NCBI GenBank assembly: GCA_000165345.1 | Contig: CM000435.1 | Span: 224,001 to 288,000 of the forward strand | Reading direction: 5' to 3' | Length of the DNA stretch: 64,000 nucleotides | Shown: piece after piece, positions 1 to 12,560 of the stretch | Numbering within the stretch: position 1 is the stretch's first letter | How the letters are laid out: the number at the start of each line of letters is the position of its first letter | Made by a program: the position numbers and the translations under genes | The notes under the pieces: generated by a model | Database searches by the model: none | What the model was told of the DNA's origin: nothing | What the model saw: the letters and a program-made list of their open reading frames with translations, nothing else

Positions 1-313
1 CTCTGCCATTCTGAACTTTAATAATATTACTTGGAGGTACAAGAATGTTGGTAATAAAAGATATTCAATCACCAATAAGAGCTTATTTAACCAAACGCAC
101 TTTCTTGAAAATACTGACATTTCCACTGAAAAAAATGGTGATATTAGTACTGGAACTCTGAGTTATTTCTTATACTTGAAGGATTATTGGTCTTCTAAAG
201 CTTATAATTTTGTTACATTTAACTGGTACCAAAGAAAAAAGTACTATAAAGGGATTGACGAGGGAATTAATCGAATAATTCACAAACATGTTGACTCTAG
301 ATTTGGAAATAGG

Positions 314-1327
314 ATGAATTCGGAAATCCTTGGAAACGAAATTGATATTATTGTTGAGCTTTTTTACTTCCCAAGTCAATATAATATTAATATTTCTCCT
401 TTTCAAATTTCTCTGGATTTAATCCAATGCTTAGAACCAAATATCAATCTTAACCTCGGAAGTGATATTCATAATAATAACTCTTCAAAAATCCTGGCTA
501 GTTTCAAGAAAACATCCACTATTGAGTACTTACCACAAGTTGTCTTAAGATTTAAAGAATACATTTCTATCATTCCGTCTCTGCTTGGCCTACAAATCAA
601 CTCCTTAGGACTCGGACTTGAAAACAAAATCAGTGTCAAACTTGTTGAGAACTTTCCTCTTCAAAGGAAACATCCCTTCAATTTTAATTCACTTGAAACA
701 CATATCAAGTTATGTGGAGCAAAAATTAAAATGAAGCCTGCTCTCCACATCTCAAAAAGTCACCTCATTTTCCAAACGAAGCTACCTTTTTGGAAAGAAA
801 TTATTAGAAACCACCCAATCTTAATGGGAAATATGGTTTCTTTCATTGTCACACTCTTCCTACTTTCGTTACTTTTCTTTATCGTCTTCTTATCTGGAAT
901 CTATTTCTTATGGAAAAAGTATCCTGCAAACAACTATAATGACTACCATATATCAAATAGCTTCCTTCCTACTGGCACTGTTACATATACTAATTGTACC
1001 CCAACTTCTTCCTACCAAATTAATAGCAATGGATTTAACCAAGGTAATAACCAAGATTTCTCTTCAACAAAGAATATCCCTCTTTCCAATTGTGAACAAC
1101 TTTTAATTGACTATTCAATGACCAATTCTTCCATTAATATCAATGGACTTTTACCTCTTGAAACTAAACAAATTTCTCATCCCAGAAATCAATATATTAC
1201 ACACTCTCAGTCATTTGGCGACCGTAATTCTGATGAAAATATCAAATCTGAGGAAAATGGAGATTCTAATGAAAAATCCATCCAATCTCCCAAATCTAAT
1301 TCTTCCTCCAATCATTCTGAAACTTAA
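314..1327 (+). CDS. Hypothetical membrane protein with one predicted TM helix (FIVTLFLLSLLFFIVFLSGIYFLW) and a Ser/Asn-rich C-terminal tail with N-glycosylation-like sites. The 5' end is uncertain.
   Basis: The long open frame ends at TAA 1325-1327. The track ORF (176..1327) starts at a TTG. The frame stays open upstream to nt 59 with no in-frame ATG; the first ATG is at about 314. There may be an upstream exon, or the start is at 314. No recognisable family. Confidence 0.45.
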   Translation: MNSEILGNEIDIIVELFYFPSQYNINISPFQISLDLIQCLEPNINLNLGSDIHNNNSSKILASFKKTSTIEYLPQVVLRFKEYISIIPSLLGLQINSLGLGLENKISVKLVENFPLQRKHPFNFNSLETHIKLCGAKIKMKPALHISKSHLIFQTKLPFWKEIIRNHPILMGNMVSFIVTLFLLSLLFFIVFLSGIYFLWKKYPANNYNDYHISNSFLPTGTVTYTNCTPTSSYQINSNGFNQGNNQDFSSTKNIPLSNCEQLLIDYSMTNSSININGLLPLETKQISHPRNQYITHSQSFGDRNSDENIKSEENGDSNEKSIQSPKSNSSSNHSET

Positions 1328-2388
1328 CTTTCTCATTCATCAAATTATACTAATTCATTTATACTATTCATTTTATCTTCACAATCGTATTGTCTAGTTC
1401 TAAATATTAATTACTGTTATACCTTTTTCTATTCAAAATAACTCATTTTCCTTTGTTTCTCCAACACCATCTACTCTTTTTATTTATCATAAAATATTGT
1501 TACTCCATTTCTTTATTTTTCAAATTCGAATTCTCAATATTCCTTCTTTTGCTCTGCCTCAATACAGGTTTTATTTGGATTCACACGTATACCGGCATGC
1601 AAGCCCTGCGCTGTCAGACTCTGCATGCATGCGCCTTTCCCCACATATACATCCCAACTCCTGACACGTAGTACTCATCCACATAAAACTTAAGTGCAAA
1701 ATAATAAAAAGCAATAGTGAAAGAAAAAATTAATTTTTTTTTTTATTTTTATATTGGGATTTTAATAGCTAAATTAAGTAGATAGGGCATGGAACAAACT
1801 GATACCAATTATTCCTTATCGCAAATGCCCAATCTTTCATTCAGTAATATCTATGTATCCGAAATGCCTAAATAATTAGCAATTATTCCTTGTACTTTTG
1901 GTATTTGAGCGGACAAAAATGATAATAATAATAATATTTACTGGTATTTTTCTACCACTCGTCCATGCTCATGGTTGTTGAAGAACAGATTACAAATCAC
2001 ATATTTTTATGCACTTGGCGAATTAAAAAAAAAAAGCAATTAAGTGAGATCACCTCTTTCCTTTTCCTCATTTCCTGCTTAATCATGGAAATCTGTAATC
2101 CCAGGGGTCACTGCACCTAATTCAAACTTGTACACATTTTTTTTTTTTTTTTTTGTTCACAACATCAACCATCATGACAGACTATCCTGCATATTACACC
2201 CCCTTATACTGAAAATCACAAGTGTCTCTTCTTCAATTTTCGGGCATCAAGTTAAAAAAATTAACACAATAAACATCACTATTAATTATATCAGTCACCG
2301 CGGAGCCACACTCTTATTCAAAGTCTTATCAGTCAAATTCATATTTCCTTATTCTAATTTTTTTTTTTTTTTTTTCGAGACAAGTCCG

Positions 2389-3249
2389 CTATTTTCGGTA
2401 TCTCTTGCCCTGATATGGGTCACGACTAATCGAATGACTGTGCTCTCTACTTATGCTTCCGCCTCTGTATGGAGACCTACTAACACTTCTTCCTCTTGGT
2501 GAATGATAACTGGGACTTCTGCTTGAATAGCGTCTCTTAGGCCTGTAGTTCCTATCATCATCTCGATAGCCACCTTGTCTCCTTCCACCATAATAATCGT
2601 CTCTATATCTTCCTCCCCTGTAACCATGCTCTGGTGGATAACCTCCAGATGGTCGATGATCATAACGGGATGGAGGACCTCCCATTCTGGGACCTCTTCC
2701 AGAATCTCTTTGAATTCTTCTCATAGTTTCCGGACTCTTTCTACGATCGTGAGCTACAACAACTCTAATAGTGCTTCCGTCCAATAAACTTCCATCTAAT
2801 CTATTAACTGCATCTTGTGCATCTCTTGGGTCCATATATTCCACAAATCCGAATCCTCTAGGTCTTCTAGTATAGTAATCAAGAGGAAGATAGACATCCC
2901 TCACTGGACCATATCTCTCGAAATGGTGTCTTACACGACCGGGAGATGTCTCAAAGCGCAGATTACGAACAAGTAAGCTGCATCCCTCAGATACATCAAC
3001 TTCTGACTTTTCACGGGAACGTGATCTATCCCTCTCTTCAACTGGTTCTCTATTATCTTCATTCCTTCCTTCATTGTTACGTTGTTCATCATCAGATACT
3101 CCTCTTTCTCTTGAAGGGGATTTAGACTCGTCAATCTTTCTGTCCCCTTCTCTATTTTCGTCTCCACCATCATTGTAATCTATATATACTTTCTTTGTCG
3201 AGTTATCACCACCAATCCCATCATCGCCTAACTCTACTGAGAACGTCAT
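2389..3249 (-). CDS. Serine/arginine-rich splicing factor (SRSF10/SRSF2-like): one RRM flanked by RS/RD-rich regions.
   Basis: The RRM segment LLVRNLRFETSPGRVRHHFERYGPVRDVYLPLDYYTRRPRGFGFVEYMDPRDAQDAVNRLDG closely parallels the SRSF10/SRSF2 RNP motifs (VPLDFYTRRPRGFAYV). The C-terminus is an RS domain (RSPSYHSPRGRSVSRSPYRGG). Confidence 0.8.
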   Translation of the reverse strand: MTFSVELGDDGIGGDNSTKKVYIDYNDGGDENREGDRKIDESKSPSRERGVSDDEQRNNEGRNEDNREPVEERDRSRSREKSEVDVSEGCSLLVRNLRFETSPGRVRHHFERYGPVRDVYLPLDYYTRRPRGFGFVEYMDPRDAQDAVNRLDGSLLDGSTIRVVVAHDRRKSPETMRRIQRDSGRGPRMGGPPSRYDHRPSGGYPPEHGYRGGRYRDDYYGGRRQGGYRDDDRNYRPKRRYSSRSPSYHSPRGRSVSRSPYRGGSISREHSHSISRDPYQGKRYRK

Positions 3250-3894
3250 TCGGAATCGATAGCTCTCTGAAAACTTAGCTAAAACGACACCTCCTTCAAC
3301 AATCTATAACTCTCTGTTTGTTTCTTCTCGATAACAAGCTATTATTAATCACTAGGTTTTTTTATTCAATTAAATTAATCGTACTTGTTTAGCCGAATAT
3401 ACACAAGTGGCATTTATTTAAAGTCGCCAGAACCCGCCAAAACTTCCACTATTTAAAGTTGATAATATACCTTAAAAATTAGGCGCAATTTATTACGTAT
3501 GCTACTCCTAATAATAGTAAATAGTAATATCAAGTATTAATTTACTATTAAGTATAATAAAAAAGCTTGATTATTTGTAAATATTGGATTTATATATAGA
3601 TAAATATCTTTGTATTTTTTTTAAATAATAAATTATGTGTATGTATATAAATAATTTATATTAAATTGAATAATAAATTAATATAATAATAATGATATTT
3701 ATATAGTACCGAATTAACTTTGAATATATTATTATTTATATTATTGCTATTAATATTTAAATATATTAAATTACTTTTTTTTTGATTTTTTTTTATATAG
3801 ATAATTTTTACTATATATTATTTATTTATTATTTATATGATTTAAGTGTATATACATTTACAATATAAATATAAATATAAACATAATAATAATA

Positions 3895-3930
<36 letters not shown>

Positions 3931-4948
3931 TAAATTTGATGATGTATACTTTCGAATTTTATTTGCTTAATGTATATTTATTATACGTAATGCTCGGGTA
4001 TTTCTTTTTCTTAGAAAAATAATTTGTATGTATACGGTTGCCACTCCAATATAAACATTTTTAAGAGTATTTTTTTAATTATGCACAATACATTTTGATT
4101 ATATTTGAAATATTTCCTAGTCATAGCCTTGTATTTTGTTGTATTCCCTCAAGTCTCTCTATTCTCTAGATTACAACCTCGAGTATGGAAAGAAAAGAAA
4201 ATCTTGCATATTTCAATTGTGGCTATTCTTTAATTAATCTTTTTAATTGTTTACTGCTCAAATTCATCTACAGGTTGAGAACTCTATACCCTGGAAAAAA
4301 TAAATTTTTATTTTCCATGCATGCGTTTTTTAAAACTATTGAAAAAAAAGCTGCATGCAATTTACTTGTTCATAGCATTGAATGACTTATTATCTAGTGA
4401 GGATATTTTAGATAAAAATATATTATTTATTATTTCTTCTTTCCCTTTTTTTTTTTAACTAAATAATTTCTGAGAATCCATATGGATTTTCCCATTGAGT
4501 GATTTCCTACTAACACAAAAGCGTATTACAAGTAATAGCTAAATAATAACAAAAAGAAAGCAAAAGAGATTAAAATATGAAATAGATACAAACACAGAAT
4601 TTGGAGGATAAATGTTAGTAATAATTAATACCTATATATTATAGATTAAAGTAAAACAACAACTAGGCAGATTGTAGTAAGTAATTTAATAGTCTTAAAA
4701 AGAAAGACAGTTGGGTTGAAGATGATCTCCAAAGTCATTTATAGAATCCATGGGATTCTTTGATTCTCGTACGATTTTAAATTTAAAACTTTCACCAAGT
4801 TGAGGTTATTAGTATTTTGAGAAAACAGCCCCAGCTGAGTTTCATACACTTTTGAGGTATCAAAATGTTGGTAATTGTCTGTATTATGGGACTTTGAAGT
4901 GTTCCAAAATATTTAAACGAATTAGGATCTGTTAGTACTTATTCTAGC

Positions 4949-6370
4949 TTAAAACACAATGTTCCCACTTTCTCTTTCTTTAGCAAACATCTCGTAATAC
5001 TGGAAAATGATCGTAACAGCCAGTAAAATACCAGTTCCACTACCGATAGCTCCAAGGAAATCTGCAATTATAGTTAGAGCTCCAATACACATACCACCAA
5101 AGGCAGCAGCAGTGGGGATGTAACGATTTAAAACTTGAACAAGTGAGCTATCTCTGTATCCCTTCATAATCATTTGTTGATCTCTGAGTTGCTTCGCAAC
5201 ATCCTTTGCAGAAGATCCAGATACTTCGATCCAGGTTTTGGAGAAGAGAGCACATGATATTAAGACAAACGAGATGTAGAAGAAGGTGTGAATTGGATCA
5301 GAAACTACATCCACCAAAGAGTTAGGAGGTGAAATGTAGTATGCAATACCTCCAACTGGAATAGATTGGCCACCAACATCAAGTTCTTGCCATTGTCCGA
5401 GAATATTCACAAGCATATTTGATTTGAATCTGCGGTAAAGTAGCTGGGAGAAGAAGTATAGATTAGATACAAGAGCAGTTTGAAGGATAATTGGGATGTT
5501 TGATGTGTAGAAGAGCTTAATTGGGAACGAACCCTGTTGGCCACGTACCTTCTGGTACTTAACAGCAAGATCTACTCTGAATCCTTGGAAGTAGATAACA
5601 ATAAGGAAAACCAATACAGTCGCAAGTAAGTTTGTCATATTTGTAGCGTGGGATCTGTAGAAGGCTTCTCTTAATGCTGAAATCTTATCAGGCTTTGTGA
5701 ATAGAAGATGGAAGAGAGCAATAACTGCACCTTCGAATTCAGTTCCTCTACCGGTATTAATAGTTGTTGGACTAAATGCCTTCCAGACAATAGTTTCACA
5801 GATATTGGTAGCAATAAAGAGTGAAATACCTGATCCAAGACCATAGCCTTTTTGCATGAGCTCATCAAGAAGAATAACTACAACACCAGCAAAGAAGAGT
5901 TGAATGATGATCAAAATTGCATTCCAGGCACCAATTGTTCTAATATCACCATACATACCACTAATAACATATGCAACAGCTTCACCCAATGTGATAAGTA
6001 AGCCAAAAAGTTTCTGTGCTCCTTGGAAAAGAGCTCTATCTTCCTTTAAACTTTGATCAACATCGATGATTTTGCTTCCTGCTAATAACTGCATAACCAT
6101 ACTGGAAGTGACAATTGGTGAAATACCCAATTCCATGAGTGTTCCTCTGTTTGAAGCCAAAATTACTCTAACCCAGTAGAATGGATCCGAGCTTTTGCTA
6201 CTTAAAACTCCGTAAAGTGGAATTTGACAGCATACCAAAAAGACAAACAGAGATATTAAAGTCCATAGGACTCTCTCCTTAAAGGGTACTCTGCGGTCTG
6301 GAGACGATACCTCAGGAATGACGCACAGAGCTGGCTTAATCAAATTCAAAAATCTCAATCCCTTAGCCAT
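4949..6370 (-). CDS. SEC61A: Sec61 alpha subunit (SecY family protein-translocation channel).
   Basis: The 473-aa full-length protein is collinear with eukaryotic Sec61-alpha throughout: [102 protein letters not shown]. Confidence 0.95.
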   Translation of the reverse strand: MAKGLRFLNLIKPALCVIPEVSSPDRRVPFKERVLWTLISLFVFLVCCQIPLYGVLSSKSSDPFYWVRVILASNRGTLMELGISPIVTSSMVMQLLAGSKIIDVDQSLKEDRALFQGAQKLFGLLITLGEAVAYVISGMYGDIRTIGAWNAILIIIQLFFAGVVVILLDELMQKGYGLGSGISLFIATNICETIVWKAFSPTTINTGRGTEFEGAVIALFHLLFTKPDKISALREAFYRSHATNMTNLLATVLVFLIVIYFQGFRVDLAVKYQKVRGQQGSFPIKLFYTSNIPIILQTALVSNLYFFSQLLYRRFKSNMLVNILGQWQELDVGGQSIPVGGIAYYISPPNSLVDVVSDPIHTFFYISFVLISCALFSKTWIEVSGSSAKDVAKQLRDQQMIMKGYRDSSLVQVLNRYIPTAAAFGGMCIGALTIIADFLGAIGSGTGILLAVTIIFQYYEMFAKERESGNIVF

Positions 6371-6556
6371 TTTCTCTTAACTTAGCTTCTTAAGCTATAA
6401 ATGTAATTAAAGTTCAACTTTAATCTCGTGTTTTTTTGCTCGTCCACCCCTCACTTTCATTTACCCTCGCGCTCTTGCCTTGAGCTCTTCTTCATGGTCC
6501 AAAACAAATATCCATACGTCTCAACAATTACCGCCCACAGACCCCCACATCCGTTC

Positions 6557-6568
6557 ATTTTGGCGGGC
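6557..6568. promoter_or_regulatory. TTTTGGCGGGCA E2F-like element in the C-rich Sec61 upstream region.
   Basis: It lies about 190 bp upstream of the Sec61 ATG, inside a C-rich block at 6421-6560. Confidence 0.4.
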
Positions 6569-6769
6569 ATTCCTTGTGTTATAAATGGATGCAAAAGAGG
6601 TTAGAGATTAGGAAGTCTCAACAAATAAATCATGCAAAATTAACAGGCTATTTAAATATAATTGCTTAATAATGAAGCCTTTTTTAAGTAAATGTATATT
6701 TATGCATATATATACATACTTTAATCAGCTATAGATACGCCCTTAAATTCTACGAAGATCTTATCTAAT

Positions 6770-8374
6770 TTAAGATTCTTGTTTTCTTGTGTTCTTTTTG
6801 ATAATCTTCTCTAAATCACAGTAAAATGAATTTCTATTTATAGGAATGGTTTTTCTAGTCCTAGTATTTTCCTCTATTATTGTAGCCGGGTTTTTTCTCC
6901 CGTCTCTTCTGGATTTTCTGAATTGTCCATATGATGACATAGGCAATGGTATTATATTATGGTTTGTATTTAAACCAGAAGATAAATCCGAAGGACAGTC
7001 AATTATAGGCTCCCACATAACCAGACATGGCTTAGGATTTTGTCGGATTGGTAGGGTGTTTATTTTGTTAATATTAGAAATCTCAACTTTCTTAAGTTCA
7101 GTCTTTTTAAGTTTTGGGAATGAATTTATAATTGAAATATTGATAATCTTTTCAATATTCTTGAAAACAACCTGCTTGTTATTAAATATCTCTATATCAG
7201 TTTCAGTATACTTTTCTGAAAAACTGTTATTTACTAATATATCATATAAAACCTCACTTTCATCCGGTATGTTTTTTTCTGGTAATGCAGAATAATCATT
7301 TGTTGTATTTTCAAGTTGTAGCTTTAATCTAGAATTCTCTTCTTTGAGATACTGAAGGTCCAAGTTTAAGATTTGGATTTGATCTTTCAATTCCAAGATT
7401 CCTAAATCTTCTTCACGAAAAGTCTCTTGCAGGCTTGAATTATCGCATTTTCTGTTATTCTGGCAATTAATTACTTGATTAAAGTTAGTAATTGGCTCTA
7501 ATTTAAGAGGAGTAATTTTGTTTTCATTTTCTTTTTTAATATTTTCATTTACATATATACATTCTATTTTTTCATCACTCCCAAAATATATACCGAGCTC
7601 ATCCCTTGGAGATTGACACAAACTTTGTTCATTATCTGTTTTTATATATTGTTCAAATTCCTGATCTTGTCCAATATTCAATTCTTGAATATTGATCTGG
7701 GATATTATTTCGTTATTAGTTTTACTCAATTCTTTTAAGTCACACTTTAAATATTCAATCTGCTTTTCATGAGCATAACACAATGCTTCCTTGCTTCTAA
7801 GCTTAATTTCCATCTCTTTAAGCTTGTTTTCTAATTCTCTTGTCTTATCGCTCTTAATTTTATCTAATTCATTATTCATCTCAACATCATACTTTTCGAT
7901 CTTATTTCTATGCTTTGTTAGTCTATTTACACTCCTACAAAGTCTTATTAAACTGCTATTTTCATTAATTTCACTGAGACCTAGTTCATTACAATCCCCC
8001 AGTGAATTTGAAATACCTTCAGAATCATCTCCTCCTTCATTTTCATTCACTACTTTACAATTAACATAACATTTTGTTCCTACTAATGCGGAAGTAAGAG
8101 TCTCCAGACTAATCACTGAATTATCCAATGCTATCAAATACTCATCATCAATATTTTCTTGATTATTTAATAAACTATTTTTTAATAACTCTTTCATCCC
8201 TTCAATAAATTCGGACTTTTTTAAACCCTGATTAATTCTTTCATTTCCACTTCCACACAAATGATATAATTCTAATAGCTCATTTTCAAGGCTGCAAAAC
8301 AGTCCTGCCAACTGAATTGTCACGTTATCTATTCTTTTCACTAAATCCCTTACTCCATCATCAAAATCCAGCAT
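6770..8374 (-). CDS. Hypothetical coiled-coil protein (534 aa).
   Basis: Long ORF in AT-rich DNA with heptad-like Glu/Lys/Leu-rich segments (KLKEMEIKLRSKEALCYAHEKQIEYLKCDLKEL). No recognisable catalytic motif. Confidence 0.55.
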   Translation of the reverse strand: MLDFDDGVRDLVKRIDNVTIQLAGLFCSLENELLELYHLCGSGNERINQGLKKSEFIEGMKELLKNSLLNNQENIDDEYLIALDNSVISLETLTSALVGTKCYVNCKVVNENEGGDDSEGISNSLGDCNELGLSEINENSSLIRLCRSVNRLTKHRNKIEKYDVEMNNELDKIKSDKTRELENKLKEMEIKLRSKEALCYAHEKQIEYLKCDLKELSKTNNEIISQINIQELNIGQDQEFEQYIKTDNEQSLCQSPRDELGIYFGSDEKIECIYVNENIKKENENKITPLKLEPITNFNQVINCQNNRKCDNSSLQETFREEDLGILELKDQIQILNLDLQYLKEENSRLKLQLENTTNDYSALPEKNIPDESEVLYDILVNNSFSEKYTETDIEIFNNKQVVFKNIEKIINISIINSFPKLKKTELKKVEISNINKINTLPIRQNPKPCLVMWEPIIDCPSDLSSGLNTNHNIIPLPMSSYGQFRKSRRDGRKNPATIIEENTRTRKTIPINRNSFYCDLEKIIKKNTRKQES

Positions 8375-9381
8375 TATTTTTAATATTTAATATATTTTTC
8401 CCCCTAATCTTCTCACTATATAAATATCTAAAATATTTGTTTAATCTTTTTAAAAAAAATCGTTATTTGTGTGTTAATTTTTAATATTACGCTGTTTCGT
8501 AATTAATTTTTCCATACAATTTTAAGTGTGTATTTATTTAAACTAAATCAAATTGAATTATTTACATTTTAATGAAAACTGTAGAAATTGGAAATTTACT
8601 TAAACCTATTCAAGCTAAAAAATCCTTTAAAAATGCAACATTAAAAAAATAATACTACTTGTTTATCTACTTAACTATTTCATTCTTTTTTATAATTCAT
8701 ATTGGCATTTTTATATTTAAACATGCATACAAACTCTTTTCCCGCGTACTCTATACCGGCATTTACCTTTATTTTTACATAAATTACGTGTGCAAATAAT
8801 AAATATTTTGACACGTAATGTCAGAAATATTTTATTGAAAAAAAAAGAAAAACTAATGAAGCAAAATTTTTTACATAATTTATGCATCTACTTATCTATA
8901 CTCTATTTTCCTTGCTTTATATTTATTTAAAGTATTCTCTTTTTATCTAATGAACTGAATAAATATAAAGTTAACAAAATTAATGTCTTTACCCTTCCCC
9001 CCACTATTTCTACAAAGGATTAAATGCATATCTGCATGCATACATGCAAAATCAATATTTGAATTCCAAATAGTATCAAATTTATAAAATGCTGAGAAAT
9101 GAAACAAAATAACAATTAATTGAAAATAATATAACATTAATCGCCTTATTAATAAGCTGTCTAATCTACATTTAACTAAAAAAAAAAAAGAAATAATACT
9201 TTTCCACTCTTTTCTTTGAAAGAAGCAGAACAATCGTGTTAAATTTAAATATAAATAGTAATAATATTAAAATAGTTGGTTGTATATTGTTTATTGTCAA
9301 AAAGTTAAAATTTTGTTACATGAAAATTATATGGAATTTTATTTCCCTTTCTGGATCAAAGTGTATGTATTATAGATATTT

Positions 9382-12300
9382 TCACAATTCTTCGTCTCTA
9401 TTTGAGTTACCATCACCTTGCTTTATTTGCAAGTCAGAATCAGACTCATTTTCAGAGTATGAAACTAAATCTGAATCCGAACCTGAACTCGAATCTGAAT
9501 TTGACATTTCTTCATCACTCTTCTTGTTCAAATCACTCTGCTCATCTGAAGAAGTGGAAAGTATAATATCATCATCTGAATCAGAAGAAGTGTTTCTGTC
9601 TTCAGAGTTATTGTCAGAGGATTCTGTTTGCTCCATTAAATCATTCGACTTCTGATCTTCTCGCTGTTGATTAATTTGGATCGAGTTTATATTAGAGTGA
9701 CCAGAAACCAAAGCTACATTCTTCTTAATCCTAAGCATATCCTTTATGGTATCCTCGTTTCCGTATTCCAGCTCAAACTGGTTCCAGGAACTCCAGAATT
9801 TATTAAATATTTCAATATGCTCATTCATCAAATATATATTTGGAATCAAATCACCAGCAAAAATAAATATTGATCTAACTCTATTAACTTCTCCCATATT
9901 TAATTCAAAATTTATATATCTTAAAGACAATCTAATAATAATATCAGAAGCTTTAATATCATCAATTGCCATATCAAATATCTTTCTAGTATATGAGATA
10001 TCTCTGCATTTTAGGGTCAATTTAATCCATTTAGAATACAGATTTAGTTTATGTTGATCATGATCTTCTAATTCATTCATTGCTCTGTTAAGTATATCAA
10101 AAGACCTACTTACTCTTCCAATCTTGGCTTCATAAGCTGAATAAATACCATAAGCAATAAATACACAATTTAAGTAATATTTTCGATCTTTTTCCTTTAA
10201 ACTACTCTTTTTCCAACTTATTAGAGATTCTAAACATTGATCAAAGACATCTCTTAAACGATCGATCTTTAAATTACCATAAATTGTTGTATCTATATCT
10301 GAATCATCAAAAAGTTTAATAATATTTAGTCCATTATTATAATGTGAAATAAAACTATCAATATAATCGAGCCATAAGCCAAATGAAAACTGTATTGTTA
10401 AACAATTAATAGAACGTTCATATAGTGAAAATGATTCCTCGTAGCACTCTTTATCCCTCAAATAAGATCCAAAAGTTACCAATAAATTTGCTGTTGCCAT
10501 ACCACTCTCAAATAAATCCTCAATTAATGCTCTTGAAGATTCCAAAGTTCCAAAAGACATCTCAAGATCAGCTGCCAAATTCCATATACGACCATTTCTT
10601 AAGGTTATTTTGCTTTTTTGTTCTTTTGCCATACATATACTTCTTCTGGATAAATTTAAAGCTTCTTCAAAATTCCCAAATCTAAGTTCCATTTCAATCC
10701 ACTCTGTCCAAATTAGAGAATAATCCTCAATATAATCTTCTGATAAGCTTCTCTCAAATATATCTCTTGCCAAATCAATTAATTGATCACTTTTACTACT
10801 CTTTTTCTTATCAATATCCAATCTATCATGACCATTATCAATACTACTTGTCATATAAGATGCATAAAATATCCAGAAAACATTCTTACTCTTATCTTTT
10901 ATTATTGAAAAGTCTATAGTTTCTAAGGCTTCTTCAAATACTTTTACTACCTCAAGTGATGGATGACTTTTCTTTTCTATTGTTTCATTCTGTATTAATA
11001 CATTAATATACTCGATCCATCTAGATACATTATTTGTATCACTCTTGACCATTGTCCTAAATAATAACTTTTTATGATCTTTAATGACTTTCTCCAAGTT
11101 TAAGATATTATTTTCAATAATTTCTGGAGAATATTCATTTTTATTAGATAAAGATGAATCCAAGCTTTGTGAAGATTTTAACATTCTATTCAAATGAATT
11201 GTTGAAAACATCATTAGAGAATCATAAATTGTAATAAAATCATAAACAAAAAGACAATTCTCTATTCCAAAATTAAAAGTACTTTTCACCTGTTCCCAAT
11301 TGGCTAATTTCATAAAAATCTCAGAAACTTTACAAACCACCTCTCCAAAAGTAAGCCTAAATATGGGTTTCATTTTCTGTTGATCTTCATCATCTTGAAT
11401 ATTCTCATTATTAATATCCTGATAAACACGACTATCACATGTTCTCAATTTCTCAAGCATTAAATTCATTGTATAAGTTAGAATCTTATTATAGTCAATT
11501 TTTAATACATACTCAGTAATTATAACCAAAATTAAGCCAATCAAGTCATCCATTTCTCCAATCTTATAGTTAACTCCTCCAACTAATACTCCCTTTTTCA
11601 AGCCTTCAAAAGTTTGTTGAATTCTTAAATTTCCTTCCTTTTTCAAAACTATATCTATAAGCTTATCTAAACATTCTTCATATCTACCTCCATCAATCAA
11701 AGCTTGAATATACATCCTAATTCCCTCAACATATGAAAATAATATAAACCGCCTTGAAATACTTATTGATAATTCTGGAATATTCATTTCCATTGAATAT
11801 TCCAAATACCTTTCCCATATCTTGTGATGTTGTTCAATAGGCAAACTCTTCAAACTTCTGTCTAAAACTAAACGTGAGTTGGTAAATTCTAGACGAGATT
11901 TACGTAAATAGGCATTATATCTTAGCCAAAGATCTAAATCATTGCATGATTTGAGACTATTTTCATATTCCTCAGTTAAATCTAATCCTATTAATCTTTT
12001 ACTTAACTTGATTTCCATAAAATTCTCATAATCTTCCATAAAACTAAGATACTCCACCCATATTGATGATACTCTTCTATTAGTTGAAGATAATGCTCTC
12101 CTTAATATTAACAAACAGTAATCCTGCTTATACATTAATTCAAGATTATTATCATCAATACCCTGTTTTTCTTGAGCATCCCTATTTTTCCATTCATCTA
12201 ATTCATTATTTAACTCTGTCTTATCCATCATATAAGCAACCTCATGGCTCAATCCATCTCTATTAATTTCAATATCTCTCCTTATCTTTGATATATATTC

Positions 12301-12444
12301 AATCCATACACCAGTTTGACCCTTTCTTTTTCCTAATTGATCCTCAAATTCCTTTATACCTCTCAATTCCAAAAATAAGTTCTCTCTCAATAGGCCATAC
12401 CTTAAAGTTTGTAGAAATTCCAAACTTTTATCCACTCCATTCAT
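9382..12444 (-). CDS. SYF1: Pre-mRNA splicing factor SYF1/XAB2 (HAT-repeat NTC component) with an acidic Ser/Asp-rich C-terminal tail.
   Basis: Repeated W..Y HAT motifs (WIEYI, WLRYNAYL, WERYLEY, WTEWIEMELRFG). Near-identical blocks to XAB2 are LPIEQHHKIWERYLEY (XAB2 LPITQHSRIWPLYLRFL), EESFSLYERSI (EESFKAYERGI) and FWSSWNQFELEYGNEDTIKDMLRIKKNV ([28 protein letters not shown]). Confidence 0.85.
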   Translation of the reverse strand: MNGVDKSLEFLQTLRYGLLRENLFLELRGIKEFEDQLGKRKGQTGVWIEYISKIRRDIEINRDGLSHEVAYMMDKTELNNELDEWKNRDAQEKQGIDDNNLELMYKQDYCLLILRRALSSTNRRVSSIWVEYLSFMEDYENFMEIKLSKRLIGLDLTEEYENSLKSCNDLDLWLRYNAYLRKSRLEFTNSRLVLDRSLKSLPIEQHHKIWERYLEYSMEMNIPELSISISRRFILFSYVEGIRMYIQALIDGGRYEECLDKLIDIVLKKEGNLRIQQTFEGLKKGVLVGGVNYKIGEMDDLIGLILVIITEYVLKIDYNKILTYTMNLMLEKLRTCDSRVYQDINNENIQDDEDQQKMKPIFRLTFGEVVCKVSEIFMKLANWEQVKSTFNFGIENCLFVYDFITIYDSLMMFSTIHLNRMLKSSQSLDSSLSNKNEYSPEIIENNILNLEKVIKDHKKLLFRTMVKSDTNNVSRWIEYINVLIQNETIEKKSHPSLEVVKVFEEALETIDFSIIKDKSKNVFWIFYASYMTSSIDNGHDRLDIDKKKSSKSDQLIDLARDIFERSLSEDYIEDYSLIWTEWIEMELRFGNFEEALNLSRRSICMAKEQKSKITLRNGRIWNLAADLEMSFGTLESSRALIEDLFESGMATANLLVTFGSYLRDKECYEESFSLYERSINCLTIQFSFGLWLDYIDSFISHYNNGLNIIKLFDDSDIDTTIYGNLKIDRLRDVFDQCLESLISWKKSSLKEKDRKYYLNCVFIAYGIYSAYEAKIGRVSRSFDILNRAMNELEDHDQHKLNLYSKWIKLTLKCRDISYTRKIFDMAIDDIKASDIIIRLSLRYINFELNMGEVNRVRSIFIFAGDLIPNIYLMNEHIEIFNKFWSSWNQFELEYGNEDTIKDMLRIKKNVALVSGHSNINSIQINQQREDQKSNDLMEQTESSDNNSEDRNTSSDSDDDIILSTSSDEQSDLNKKSDEEMSNSDSSSGSDSDLVSYSENESDSDLQIKQGDGNSNRDEEL

Positions 12445-12531
12445 TGCAATATATATTACTTAAACCAATTTTTTTTTCCTCCTTCACTCTTTCTTTCAGC
12501 ATATTTAGTTACTTTTATTTACTCCCACAGA

Positions 12532-12560
12532 GGCGCCAAAATGTCGGCGCCTGACATTTT
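12532..12560. promoter_or_regulatory. Imperfect palindrome with two GGCGCC cores (GGCGCCAAAATGTCGGCGCCTGACATTTT) about 90 bp upstream of SYF1.
   Basis: Arms AAAATGTC / GACATTTT flank GGCGCC. It is a GC island in AT-rich intergenic DNA. Confidence 0.5.

Noticed and set aside
846-1106. Many short ORFs from the six-frame track nested inside or antisense to long genes (846..1106, 2451..2663, 2575..2787, 5671..5868, 6846..7295, 7791..8069, 9746..10057, 14086..14544, 15726..16139, 21423..21617, 23530..23787, 26462..27255, 28258..28446, 29677..29904, 57904..58444, 58634..60573, 61152..61517 and others).
   Set aside because: They overlap much longer ORFs that carry recognisable conserved domains. 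Their translations are low-complexity mirror images of the real frames (poly-L/F/I from AT-richness, PDPDP from antisense of GSGSG). There is no independent support.
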